Assembly: GCA_040437565.1 (NCBI GenBank)
Contig: JBDOQK010000031.1
Coordinates: 248,001 to 312,000, forward strand
Direction: 5' to 3'
Origin: Albugo candida
Lineage: Eukaryota
Length of the DNA: 64,000 nt
This document shows, piece after piece, positions 1 through 13,949 of the stretch (positions are counted from its first letter, which is position 1; every line of letters begins with the position of its first letter). The translations under genes were made by a program, and so were the position numbers. Under the pieces are notes generated by a model, which saw only the letters and a list, made by a program, of their open reading frames with translations, was not told the origin of the DNA and ran no database searches.

Positions 1-3000
1 CGTGATGACGTCGAGCTCGAGCGCGTGTCTGCTGATAATGATCATCCATGCTCATGGTGGCTAGCCCTTGACCAAATGTGCCTGAGATCTTGCTGGCCGC
101 ATCAAATGTCCCATCCAGTGTGTTGGACACGAGACTCGCTGTACCCTTTGCAACTCCCATACGGAAGCCTTTCGCACCAATTTTAAGTCCATCCAATGGC
201 TCATATACGAAATCACGGACGCCGGTGCCAATATGATCGAGAAATCCGACGGGATTTCCTAGAAAATCAAAAGAGCCCAAGATGATATGCAATTGCTTCC
301 ACAATTGCCGTGTATAATACTTGGAAACGCGTCGAATAAGATCTCCGCTCGTCCCAAACGCATGCTCGATCATGAGTGCATTCAGTCGAACAGGAGCGTT
401 GTCCAAGTCTGGAACGTGCATGCTCAGATTCGGGAGTATCCAAGAGCCTTCACTTTTGTCATGAGATCCTGCTGTCATCTCCGTAGACGTCGATCCTGAG
501 CGGTAAAGCGCATCTGGAGCCATTCCGACTTGGAAAGAAGTCGTATCTCTCAAAAGAATCGAAGTACTTGCTTGGAAAACATCGGATCGAAACGTGATAT
601 CAATCTCTATCGGATGAATGTGAAGAAGAGCAAAGTACACTTTTTGCATTTCTTCCGATGGAGGTGCCGTGAAATGACTCAAGCTGTTTAACGGATCCAA
701 TTCTTCGCTGTGAATGCTTTCCTTCAGATTCGCCAGAGCTTCTATCATCGTCTCAATGGAGTCCGTTTTCATGCAAATTTCGCCGTGACGGAGTTTGTAA
801 TCTTTTCGACTCCACGGATCCGATAAAATCTGTCGAATACAAAGTGAGACCGAGAAGACAATTGTTTGATTGAGGATTCCTACCGCATTGAGAAACATTC
901 GAGAAGAATGTAGCAGTTCCTCGTCCAGTTGCACGATCATCGGGTACAGCCAGAAGGAACAATGCTCAAAGTACGCCGTTGTGCCTTGCTCATTCGACCA
1001 CGTGCAGCAAAAGTGTACAGAAGCGAGATTAGCTTGACGATAATGGCAGTCGGCACAGACAAAGATACTCGATTCGTCGGTGGGTGTAGCGTTCTGAGAA
1101 TCAACAAGTTGTGGGCTGGACAGCACAGTCGAAGCTTGTTGACTCGTGCTGGTGTCCATGCGCTCCAGCGTATCGGCTGGAATCTCTCGGCGTGGACATA
1201 ACAGCTTGATAAAAGTAGCTTCATTGCTTTGATTATCAGCTTCGAAATCGTCCATTGTCACTTGCAGTCGCATTTTCTCACCAGAGCGTGCGTAATGGAT
1301 ACTGACACCTCCGAAGAAGATATACACAAGTTCCATTGGAATCTCATTCACACACGAGATGCCAACTCCTTCGGTTCGTAGCTGAAGGAATACTCTCGGG
1401 CCAAACGCATTGGTCGCTTCTGTCAAACTCGAGCTACTCGAAGCGCACGAATCGATCGTTCGTAGCTCGTGTTTCGACTCTTTCTCATCAAAGTCTTCTT
1501 CGCCGCCTTCAAAGAGTTCGAGAACTTTAGTTGGCCCATCCGCTCGAATGCGAACATGCACAAACGTTTTGGCACTTTGTGTCGGCATCTTTGGCACTTC
1601 CTTTGCAGATCGTGACGCTTGTTTGAGCTCCTTCCAATCGATCCAGTCTTCACGAGCCTTATCTGTGGATGTCTGAAGATGGTGAAGCCATTTACGGGCT
1701 TCCTCCAACGTGAGCGCCTTGAGATCGTACGTTTTTGTCGGTGTTACAATGGAAAACTGTTTTGATCTCACGTGCGGTCGTGACGACTTTCGTACCGCAC
1801 ATATCGCCACAGTCGATCGATCATCGACTGCTGGACTTTGAACGCTGTACCAAACATTCTCAGACGGGTCAAATGTGTTCAAAGGAGAGGATAATTGCCC
1901 ACGTGACAGCAGTCCAAGTCGCATCAAACGCGTAGCAACCTCCAAAGCTTTTGCTCGTTTGAGCTGCTTGTTGGCTATCAAAAACTCGACAATATTTCGA
2001 CCGTGTGCGTACATCTGAGAGCTTGTTTGAATGCCTTGATCACGTTCATACTCAGCCGAAGCTTCNNNNNNNNNNNNNNNNNNNNNNNNNNNNNNNNNNN
2101 NNNNNNNNNNNNNNNNNNNNNNNNNNNNNNNNNNNNNNNNNNNNNNNNNNNNNNNNNNNNNNNNNATCGACTGCTGGACTTTGAACGCTGTACCAAACAT
2201 TCTCAGACGGGTCAAATGTGTTCAAAGGAGAGGATAATTGCCCACGTGACAGCAGTCCAAGTCGCATCAAACGCGTAGCAACCTCCAAAGCTTTTGCTCG
2301 TTTGAGCTGCTTGTTGGCTATCAAAAACTCGACAATATTTCGACCGTGTGCGTACATCTGAGAGCTTGTTTGAATGCCTTGATCACGTTCATACTCAGCC
2401 GAAGCTTCTTGAAGCTGTTTGGACGTGCACAAAGCCACAATTAATTGCTGGTACGCACGTAATTGTTGCTCACGCGCTGAATGCAACAGAGGAGCGTCTC
2501 GTTTGGTTTCTTCCTCGTCATGCGTTCTTCTCGCTGGAGTCGATCCGAAAAGCGTGTCAGAGATCGAAGCGACCCAGCCGTTCAGCGACATGATGCCATT
2601 ACCACCTTTGTCTGCCTGTTTATCATCCGCATTCTCGAGAATGGTCACACCGACGCTGCCAGGGACATTCAAACCCATCTTAAGATCGATAATTCCCAGC
2701 AATTCCTGATCGGATCGTGCATTAAAGTAATACAGCATGTGATCGTACAGCCGAAAGTATTTCTTCGACCATTTTAGCGCTCCATCTCTTCGATACAAAT
2801 ATCCGTGATGTTCTGGCGTGATAAATAATTCCGACGGAAGCGATCGTGAGAGTTGGATGCGTCGATGTGTGGTCATTTCGTCCAAATCATACTCTTTGGC
2901 TTCAATGACATCTCTTTCCGAATCGAGGCCGGTCGTCGATGATGTAATGCGCATGAAGCGAACACAAAGGCTGTGGCCTAGAGCACAGACAGGAGCTGAT

Positions 3001-6000
3001 GTGTCTGCATGGATGGGCACTGAGCCTTTTTCATCACCATCTATTCGATCCCACGAGTACGGACACGAGCTCCGAGGAAGAAGCTCATCAAAGTCCTTTT
3101 CTGTGCCCCACTGATTCTGACGGTATTGGATGCGGAACGACGTCATATTATCGATACGATAAGGTGGGAAGCGTTTAGATTCTTCTCGAAAAATCAATGC
3201 CGCTGAGCCTCCAATAATCTCGACTTGACACTGCAAGATGTAAATCCGAGCGCGCTCGTTGGTATCCCGAAGCTTGAGATACGTAGTGCCCATCGCTCGG
3301 ATACGAAAGCTACCGCTCCACGTGTACTGATGCAGCAATGACACTTGCAAGAGCTTTGATTTAGTCGCACTCGGCCAGTGAAATGGACGGATCGCGTTGG
3401 GCTCGAGCTGAAATGTATGAGGGACATCCGCCTGACGATACTTGATCGTGCCCAACGTCCTGTTCACCAAGATGTAGCGGGGTACAATGGTCGCAACGAT
3501 AGTGTCGATGTATTTGCCAGTGCCATAAGACGTCCACAGCGCGAGTTCCTGGTGACCTTTGACGAGCTCGTTGCCTTCTTCTAGCTCGTCTGTATGACTT
3601 GTGAGTGTGATCACTTGAGCAACGCCGGAATTCCCTAACGCGTTCTGCTTGAGACGAATGATTTCCGACCAGCAAGAGGTTTGTGTCTTCACACGAAGAA
3701 CGTCCCAATTCCTTCCTCCAGAGCCGTACAGCAGCACCTGATTCCAAGGAACCGCTCGATGCTGAGCGGGATTACTCTGCTTTGATAAAAGCGCTCGAGG
3801 TGTCACGTGATGGATACTCGCGGTGCTTGACTCATCGTACAGCCGGATCGTCGACATGGCGATCTTGTGACACAAATGTAAGCCGTTCAGGCTGCCAAAA
3901 TGACCGAGGTAAGCGTCCATATTGATGCGAGCACCATACCATCGTTCCCCTTCGGGTCGGCCTGCACTTCGAAGTGAGATAAAGCGCGGTAACACGAGCT
4001 CGTAAAAATCGTATTCCTCGATATTCAGAATGCCATGGACACCGCTTTTCACGCACACTGCTTCGAAGACGAGTGTCATAGGCCATTCCGTGTTGGCAGA
4101 TATCACAATGTGTGCAAAGCGATTGTGAGGAAGATATACTTGCAACAAACGCATTTTACCGCATGCAGGTGAATCCGTTTCAAAATGCCTGCNNNNNNNN
4201 NNNNNNNNNNNNNNNNNNNNNNNNNNNNNNNNNNNNNNNNNNNNNNNNNNNNNNNNNNNNNNNNNNNNNNNNNNNNNNNNNNNNNNNNNNNNAAAGCGCT
4301 CGAGGTGTCACGTGATGGACACTCGCGGTGCTTGACTCATCGTACAGCCGGATCGTCGACATGGCGATCTTGTGACATAAATGTAAGCCGTTCAGGCTGC
4401 CGAAATGACCGAGGTAAGCGTCCATATTGATGCGAGCACCATACCATCGTTCCCCTTCGGGTCGGCCTGCACTTCGAAGTGAGATAAAGCGCGGTAACAC
4501 GAGCTCGTAAAAATCGTATTCCTCGATATTCAGAATGCCATGGACACCGCTTTTCACGCACACTGCTTCGAAGACGAGTGTCATAGGCCATTCCGTGTTG
4601 GCAGATATCACAATGTGTGCAAAGCGATTGTGAGGAAGATATACTTGCAACAAACGCATTTTACCGCATGCAGGTGAATCCGTTTCAAAATGCCTGCTCA
4701 TGCGTGTCGACAAAGGATCGAATGGAGTATTCTCCGGTAGTATGCGTGACGTCAAGATTTCCGGGAGATAGCTGGGACCAAGTCTTGTGGAAATAAGATT
4801 GGTTTCCTCCAAGCTCGAAAGCGGACGAGGGAGAAAAATATTCCCTGATGTTTGATTCCATCGACTTGGATGGACTGGAAATGGTCTATCCAAAGGCTCT
4901 ACCTGTGTCTGTGCCTGTCGTGGAGACAGCGCCGGTTGCACCGAGTCTTCGTAGATGGATGGAGACATGACATCTTCGTCTTCATCGTGAGATACATCCA
5001 GCTCAGTCGCTAGTTGTTGGGTCATTCCCACAGAAATGGATGCACACAGATCGCCGAAATGCTTCCCAGCCTGACTCTCGTCGACATTTCGCGTTAGGGT
5101 CTTTTTGATGACTTTATACCAATTGAATTCCGCTGCTTTTGCTCTATTGCGAAAGATCTTATCGACACTCACAGAAGCAATCCCGAGACAGGAATCCATT
5201 CCGAATTTGATATTTCGCACTTCCATCAGTAAAATCGCATGTTCCAATGTCTCGACATCGGACGGAATCGTTAAAAGTAAGGTATTATGCAGCCGATGAT
5301 CCCATTCTGGATCAACACCCCCAGAAGGTGACGGACGCGTCATTGCAGAGCATACTGGAGCTAATTCTGATCGAGAATGATCTTGATCGTATGTTTTCTT
5401 CATCGTATACAGCGACACACGAACATATGGACTTTGAAGTCCCCAAGCTTGTGATCGATACAGATTTCGACATTGCTGAATGACCACAATGAACGCTACT
5501 GGACTTGTTGCTGGTTTGTGTTTCTCCAGTCGTAAGAGCTCGATGTCTCGTTCAGGGTCGAAAAAAGACATACTTTGCGTTGAGAAATGTTCCTCTCGCT
5601 GAGTATCGGACATGTGTGCATGAAAATATTTCTGTATGGTGTCCAGGCGACGAGAAGAAGAGCTCAACGAGTGGCAATACTCCAAATTCAAGTCGGTGTG
5701 ATTCACGATCCAGACCGCACAGTACAAAAGAAGCTCTCGGCCAGAGAATTTGAGCTGCAGCTGGATATCGGGCACGGTGGCCTGTTCGTTGCCGACCTGA
5801 CAATCAAAGACACGCCCAACAAGATCGATCGGTACTACTTTTTTCTTTGCAGCCGGATACATGCTCTGAGGAGTGCTCCAATTGTAGTTTTCCAGTCGGA
5901 AGGATAGAAACAAAGTCGAATTTGAGTCGATTTGGAAGAGCGGAAGTATGGTTCCCACAGCAAGGACGCCTTCCGCAATGAGTTGTAGCGAGGGATTGAG

Positions 6001-9000
6001 CAAGCGGTAGGCCACAGCAGTGGCCAAGTGATTGAATAAAGTGAGAAATGGTGAGATGGAAAGATGATATAAACTCGCGTGAGTCGCCTCACAGTGTCGC
6101 TGTTGGGTCATTTCCTCCACAATCGCCGTCTCCACGGGAACATGCGTAGCAGCTTCTTGATTGAATGCGTATGTGGAAAAATCCTGCTCTGGAGCCTCCA
6201 TTTTAGCCAGAGTGCCAAGAGCTTTTTTTCCCGGTGCAATAGCTCGCATCAGATAATAAGCTTCTACGTCGTATGTGCATTGCCAAGGAGGCAAATCGCG
6301 CTCCACAAAGCCGGGCAAGGTCGTGTCAGGAACATTCTTTTCATCGACGACTTGGAAGTGACATGTGCACGTTCCCGAGCGGATAAAGCGTTTGGTGTTG
6401 TACGTTTTCACCACACGCGCGTGATCACCTAGCTCTTCCAATGACGCTGCCAACGGCGCATACGCCACCGAATCGCATGGCCGAATACTGAGTTTACTGT
6501 GTGCGTGAATCATCTCCAAAGGAACATAACAAATCTCTTCTCGGTCAAGAATCCACTCACGAATCTCACCCCCGAATCGTGGTGCAAAGGCCCACATCAT
6601 CAGCGGAACGCATGTACGGTTTTGGATGACAATCTGTGAATGAAGATTGATCAATTTGCTTCCGTCTGCTTGGATGCTGATCTCTGCGACCAATACCGGA
6701 AGTTGTGACATATCAGCGTCATTCTCATCGAGAAATTGGGCTTCCAGTGGAATGGACACATGACCGACGACATCGACAATGACGGAATACGCGCTACTCC
6801 ATTGATACCGCGGCAAGCCCACAGAAAGCGTATGATGCACTGTAGCTGTATGTGTATCGCTTGAAAAAATTCGATCGAAATCATGGTCAAATCGTTGAAT
6901 GCTGCCTTGTTCACGGCAATCAATTGCCACCGTATCGTCTTTTTGTATCAATTGTTCGATCGGAGTTCCATTTCCACGCCGAAATATGCATTCCACATCG
7001 CTTCCCGTCTTGTTTTGGATCCAGAAAGGAGCTGTGGATTTGGATCCTGTGGTGACAAAATCGGCTTGATGGAGTATCTTGGAGGTGATAATGGGCGCCA
7101 TTGCCGGCGTCATATTGACATTGATCGGAGACGGAACATTCACATACACTTCCGTGCGATTCTCGGCTTGAAGTGCTTGGATCACACGTATTTGGATCCC
7201 TACTGGCTCCACGAGCGGTTCCCATCGATAAATGCTGTTATTGAAGAAATGCACAGACACAATAGCGCCAAGAACTGTCGTGCAGTCTTCATGCTGGAGA
7301 TGCTCACAGACGACTTCGGTCACTTGGACATCGGCTATCGGGATTCCAAGACTGTTATTCACTAGCACGAGTCGCACCTGCCCGATGTCGCCAAGCAATT
7401 TATCCTCCACAAACGCGCTAGCGGATGGCTGATTCACTGTGCTGATCGATGCGGTCTCGCTTTCGTGGAGAGGTTCGATTTGCGTTTGTATGGCTGCTGT
7501 ATAATTATTGACAATGTTGAAGAAGAGATGTAAATCCTGCACGGAGAATCGCATTTCCAGCGGTTCTAAGACGATAGAGTGACGGCGTATGTACTGAGTA
7601 TTTGCTCTAGTCTCGACAATATGATCGAGTACGATTGCAAAAGTATTTGTGAGCGGGAAGGAGACGTCCATGTGAGCTTCGGGTAGTTGCGCGATGTAAA
7701 TTCCACGCTGCTCACAATTCAAATGCCATTTCCACGTGTCGGGTATCTCATTACACCGCTCACAATGAAAGTACGTCATGGAGATATCGGAGAGAAGCAT
7801 TAGTGCACGTGCATCTATCGCTGTAAAGTCTTCCAAAAACGCAAACAAGCAGCCGTTCGCACTAATATCCGCATGAAATGCAGTCTGTCGTGAAGTTTCC
7901 TGCGGTAAGAACCCGCTGGAATAAGTCTTCGGGTCAGCGGCGTTCTGGAAAAAGTTGAGTATGTCGATAAACGCGTCCACAACACCGACAAAACGGATGT
8001 GATTGAGTGCTAAACGCTGATGACTCGTGGTCCAAGACGCTTTGTACGACCACGACAATGCATTCAATTCACCGCCTAAAGGCCCCACGAGCTCCGTCTT
8101 GGCGCTACACGTTGCTGGCCGTATGTCCACTACAGTGACTGAATCGGTTCGAACAGCAGTTTCCATGGAATCATCCGTTTGCATTGTAAAACTAAGCTCA
8201 AAGTTCTCCATAAATGTATCTGAAAGCGCGTGTTCGTTATTGGTGAGGCGTAAGCCTGCGTCCGCGACACAGACTACAACACGAAGCCAAGTGGAAGCGC
8301 AGGACTGATACGACCAGTGGTGTCCATTGCATTCTTCGCACAAAGGATAGGTGTCTTCTCTCACAACAGATCCAATCTCTTTGAAATTCTCGAAAAGAAG
8401 TGACAATAATGTTCTGTACTGATGCTGATTGCTTGCAACCGCTAATTCCCAAATATGTACGCCGACTTCGAGATGAGGTCGAGCAGACATGATCCAGCCG
8501 GTCGCTAGCACTCGGTGGAAGAGAGGGATGCTCGAGGAGGTTGTTGATCCATTCAGATCGGTCAGGTCGAATTGTAGGTCATACGTGATGTCTGAGGCCG
8601 TATTCGGAAGAATTGTGTCATTTTGGATCGTTTGCAGTGTTTGCTTCACGCTCTCGGGCGCGAGATCGGAGCCTTCCTCGCGTTCGAGTGTGTTGATAAG
8701 CTCCCAGACTTGATCCAATTGACGATCTAAAGCGATCACTTTAGTATGGAGCGCTCGAGCAATTTGATCGACTTCTGATTCGACTTGCTCGTGTTTGTGA
8801 AGCGCTGATTTCACGCGTTGTGTGACTGCTTTGAGGTCGACCAAGATTTGACTGCGATAGCTAGTCAAACGGGCACTCAGATTGCGAGCTTGTCGTTTCA
8901 AATCACGACAATGGATAACTGATGGGGAGCTATGTACCATTTCTCCTGTCTGAAGAAAGTGAGAGGCTTCCACGCTAACGGTCGACGTCCACATGCGAGC

Positions 9001-12000
9001 TGTGGTAGCATAAAGAAGAATTGCTTCCTTGGAGAATGAATTCTCAGGCAGTGAGAAAGTCAAGTCATGAGCAACTATCTCGAGTTGCATCCTATGATTT
9101 CTCGGTGGTTTTGCAGGGTACATCTGTCCAAGGCAGTCGTGAAGAGGTACTGGTAGCTCGTTCAAGTCCAGTGAGTACGTTTCCATACATACACGACAGT
9201 CTGCAGCATTAATACTTTCAGAAGCAGCTGCAATAAGTAAAAACAAGTGGTCGACAAGAAAGTGCTGAAATTGCTTGAAGACACGATGCAAGTACGTCCA
9301 TTTTACAGAATCCAAGAATATTTGTATTCGTGTCAGATCTCTCGTTGGCGTCTCATAAACTTGGAATCTGATTTCGTTTGCAATTTCACTTGACCCAAAA
9401 ACGATGCGATGCGCCATATCAGTGTCCATCGGTCGCGTTGCATGCGTAAGATCTCGAATTTTGACGTTGTGAATCGAACCTTGAATACAGTGATTCGCGA
9501 GACTCCAGGATAGCACGACATTGTCAGCATACACACATCCTATTGCGGTCGAATGGTCGTGATCGGGCTGCCAATGCATAATAGTGACACTACAATCGCT
9601 GAGGTCGAGGGCTAGCTGGAATTCTTCAATGATCGTATCTCGGAGCGGAGTCGGTTGTTCCTGGATGCACGCTCCGGTAGACACTCCAGTCGAGCCTGAT
9701 ACAATTCGCGCTGTCGTGCAATGTGTTTTCATGGTCTTCCATGCACCGAGAATCGATCGAAAACAAGCAAGATCGACGGTCACTACTGCGTTTGTCACTG
9801 TCACTTTACAGTTGCTTGTGGATTTCTCGTACAGGCAAGAAGACACCTCTTCTATCGTCGAGGCAAACATAGGCACGTTCCGTCGAGAAAGACGTAGCAT
9901 TAATGCATTGCTAGAGGCGGGAAGTTCCACCAGCGATGTTCCATTGACGCGTAATCGAGAAGATGAAAGTGATACCTGCACGAAAGAGGCCTCAAAGCAT
10001 ACATTGTTGATAACCTGAAGCGCTGAACATTCCATATGGATGGCTTTATGATCATCAAGATGGATCGAGACTGTGCAGATTTGACAGGAAAAGCTCCATT
10101 GATAATTGATGACTCGGTGCGTCGACGTTACGGGTTCTGAAGCGTCTAACTGAATGAGAGATGTCCACTTTCCATACATCCACGCAAGACGGTCCAATTG
10201 CTCGCTGTGAAAAGCGATGTCAAAACTTGGAAGGTCGAACAATGTATCAAACATGACGGTATTTTCTTTGTCTTTGGATGAGTCTTGTATGCGTTTAGTG
10301 TGTGTGATCCAAACGCAACGGGGAAGTTCGGTGATGTTCAAAGATGTTTGCTGCGAGAGCCACGACGCGTCTATGAGCGTTTCGTCTGCCATAACGGTCA
10401 TAATGCTAAATAGGTTCATTCGTTCAAATTGTCCTTTACGTTCTGCTGCATTCGTAATAATTTGAAGTTGATCTATTGAGATACCCAATGCAAAGGTTCC
10501 CAAAGAGGGAAGAAACAGGCTTAATCTTGAAGTTTGTATACTCAAGTCGCTCAAAGCTTCAACTTGTCGTGCATCGGACGGAACGAACTTTGACGGATGA
10601 GAATGATTCCATTGCTTCCACCATAAAAATACAGGCTCTAATAGCTGTTTCCACAAGGTCAATGTCTCGTCCGATAAAATGATGGCCAAATTGTGCGGTA
10701 CTTCCAGATGAATCTTGGATGGATGCCCGGTGATCCGTGTATCATTCGCAGGAAATAGGCACTCAAGTCGAAGCAAAAAACCGCTTTCGTTCGTAGTATT
10801 GCCGTCTAATAGTACGTATCGGGTCTCCGAATCATTATATTGCACGAGATGCAAAGATTCAATGTGGAGTTCCACCTCGTCTTCGATGCAGGATTGCTTG
10901 ATACAGGTCTGAATAGCTCCTACTTTTAGAATCCAACGATACGTCTGATAGAATACTGAGCCGTGCTTTCGACCAAACACATGCACGATGACACCATTAC
11001 CGAGAATGGCACGAACAGTGAGAGTAGGAGGTGTGACTGCGTCTTCAAAAACGTCTTCCTCATCATTATCATCGCTCATACCGTCATAGTCTAGCGGTTG
11101 AGATGATGCTGTGCGATCATCCATGCATTCTGCAAGTAGCCATTGCTTTGCATACGACAATACCATGAGAAAGCCTTCAGGTCTTGAGATATTTTGTTGG
11201 ATAGAAAGCTCTGAGAAGCGCTCGTACTCATCATACGGAGCTCGGACCTCCATGAGGATGGCAGAAAAAACATCAATATGCTCATGAGTCAGGTGGATAC
11301 ACGGCACAGTGAGGTCGTCCCGGTCCATTGACTCACATATTTGACAAGGATGATCGATAGGTTGCGTTGATTGGGTACGACTGATGCTAATTGTAAGATC
11401 CACATCACAGAAAGCAGCGTTGACACTCGGGTAGGATAGTACAGCCTGTCGAGCATATAAGTGACGTTCAGGCGGCAACGAAAGTCAAGTGTACCTTGAC
11501 ATCACTTGACCAGTCATGCGCTAGGTATCTTCTCTCGACTGAGTTACTCTCTGCCTCGCGTCTGTATTCGACGTAGATTGCAGCTCCTACAAGTGTCAGT
11601 AGCTACACAGAAAAGATTTATATATTAGTTGGTACATAGGTCCTATACTTGTACACATACAAAAACAAAAACATTTCACCGACTTTTCGAGACTCCAAAC
11701 TTGAATTCGATTGCAACGAGTACATCAATTCCCAGTCGACATTCGCGTTGATAAGATTCATACTCGATAGCTCAAAAATTGCGGCTCCTGGTGGCTACAC
11801 ATCAGCTTAGAAACCCCCAGCAAAATTCTGATACAATATTCTACCTGTGCTGCCGACTCAGAGAGGCATTCGTATCGTACTTCTATATCTCGACACTCAA
11901 TTTGAACGTTCGATATGATATGGGTCACGAGTCGTGAAATATATGTGCGTTCTGAGTGAGATAATAATCAGTTTGTTTCATTAGATCACCCATATCCATG

Positions 12001-12345
12001 CTCCGTACCATCACCTGCATCGACATGTTTGTCTTTGGAAACCTCATGCGCCAAAAGCTCTTCTTCAGTGATGGTTTTATGACCGTTTTCTTGTGCGTTG
12101 GAAGACGAATGTAAGAAAATGCGGATTCTGTTCGCTCTTATGACAACAGACTGCGTCCACAAAGCTCGCCATGGAATTCGTATGGATAGATCGCCGATGA
12201 CACCTCGTCCGTAAGCAATTTTGAGTTCCAAATCCTGGAATGCCACATCTCCTTGCCACAGTGATAAGCGCAGCATACTGGAGTCGAATGAGAAGAATTT
12301 GCCAAGTAGGCGCTGCAATAGCAACGCGATCGCATGCTGCAGCAT
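1..12345 (-). CDS. VPS13: VPS13-family lipid-transfer protein (Chorein_N, C2, VAB/SHR-BD-like repeats, split PH + DEP, VPS13_C); multi-exon, 3' end runs off the window
   Basis: ATG at 12345 gives the Chorein_N-type start MLQHAIALLLQRLLGKFF..LRLSLWQGDVAFQDLEL..IGDLSIRIPWRALWTQSVVI. ORFs 4180-11478 and 2052-4154 contain FNNSIYRWEPLVEP, APFWIQNKTG, VPRYILVNRT and PPYRIDN. The minus strand near 200-300 reads QLHIILGSFDFLGNPVGFLDHIGTGVRDFVYEPLDG (VPS13 C-terminal signature). Breaks at the gaps at 2066 and 4193 are overlap artefacts. Confidence 0.93.
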
Positions 12346-12554
12346 TGAAATAGCGATTTGTGCACAAAGAACGCGCTGCGTGGGAGCATAACCTAAGGTT
12401 CGGTTATGAGATACCGTACTTGACAAAGTACGTTTCGATTGCCGCTTCAGCTACTTTAATCAAGATGGAAGTGTCGCGGATTCTTGGAATTAAAGAAAGA
12501 CTGGGAGGCACTTTTGCAGGAGCTGCATAAATCCCATATCAAATTAGTTTTGAA

Positions 12555-13212
12555 TGGGTTGGTCTTGTGACCGAAAATTGCTCTTTAGAAATGTGAAAAA
12601 GATTTTGAGTAATAAAATTTACGTCATGTTTATCGTGCGGAGGAAATTCACGCATCTCTTGGTAAGCTGGATGCAAGAATCGAGATGGTATTTTATATCG
12701 CAGCATTTTCTGGACGTCGGCGAGATTTTGTGGCTAATTTGGAACGATATACGCTGATAGTCGATTATGGCTCAGAAATTAGCAGATCTCCAGCTTTTTT
12801 CTGACGGATCGTCCAAGCACGGAATGAAGGTGGTATTTCCGACATGACGTCTTTCATATGTCAGAAGTTTAGCGATATTGAACTGCCGTATCCAAGGTGT
12901 ATCTTTCCAGATTGCAAAATTTACAAACTCACAAAATATGAATACGTTCCCCGTCTTAAAGGCTCTAAATTAATGTGCTTCATGGCACTCAAAGCTTTGG
13001 GAAATGGAGGCGACGAGATGTATATCATAGGCGCTTCATTTTCGAAACGCTACGCTACCAGAATCTACTTCATTGTCAGAATTCCGGAATTCGAATTCCA
13101 AACGTACAAATTCATTGATGATACCAGGGAATGGATTGTCGGAAAGGTAGAAGCAAGTAAATTGAGACAAAAAGTTGGTCAGATGAATGTTATATTGCCC
13201 TCTCGTGTATAA
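12555..13212 (+). pseudogene. Degenerate member of the half-pepsin (DYGS) family
   Basis: 12754-12783 reads LIVDYGSEIS, with an in-frame TGA at 12802. The same frame continues into ORF 12844-13212 (ELPYPRCIFPD..YKLTKYEYVPR..CFMALKA..MYIIGASFSKRYATRIYF), which matches the C-terminus of the 16134 and 60166 proteins. The 5' boundary is uncertain. Confidence 0.72.
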
Positions 13213-13949
13213 TCTTGTTCTGATCGTATCTGCAGCATGTCCTTTGATTGAAATCCGACAGCTTCACATATGATCAGGCAAGCACTACAGTTCTTCATCA
13301 TCCGGAGTGACCATTATCATTCTCTTGATCAAACTATCACCTTCCCTGCGCAAAGTGATGCGGGATTTGAGCAGCAGCGATAAGCTCATCAAGTATTTGT
13401 ACAGTTGTTATCAGGACTTGGTGAGATCAGGCGATGGTCAGTATCGAATTTTGTCAGTTTGTTGCTTGCTTGGCTTTTCTCAACACATTTGCATCCAACG
13501 CCCAAACTCACATGGCTGTCCAGAGTCATCATCTATGTTTATAGTTTTATTGTGGAATACAAGGCATAGTGGCTGACACCGACTAGGTGCTCCTGTTAAG
13601 ACCATCCATGTCAGGTGCTGTAGTGTACTCTCGAAATGTCGGAATCGATGAGAACGTACCAATCTTGAACGCTCCGTCGCTGGCGCAAAGGTTTTGCGAG
13701 AGACTTGACTTCACCGTGACGTATGGCATCAGTCATTGAATGGATTCATCTTTTTTTTTACATGAAGGGAATGCGACATGTATGTGTTGCAATCGAAGAA
13801 CAATGGCACTTGCTTTCCCGCAATCAACCTTTGAAATATCAGCCACTCCCTCTTCATTTGTTGATGGCAAGGACCTTAACATTCAACGGAACAGAAACTT
13901 TTCGTGAAGTTTTTTTAACATTTTTTCAGGCACTTGGACCGACAACAGC

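Noticed and set aside
1822-2409. Apparent tandem duplication within VPS13 (likewise at 26549-27023, 37023-37843, 43206-43364, 55054-55286)
   Set aside because: Each pair sits exactly either side of a 100-N gap, so these are unmerged contig overlaps rather than biological repeats.
2052-11478. Two or three separate large genes suggested by the ORF track
   Set aside because: They are pieces of one VPS13 gene broken by gap artefacts and introns.
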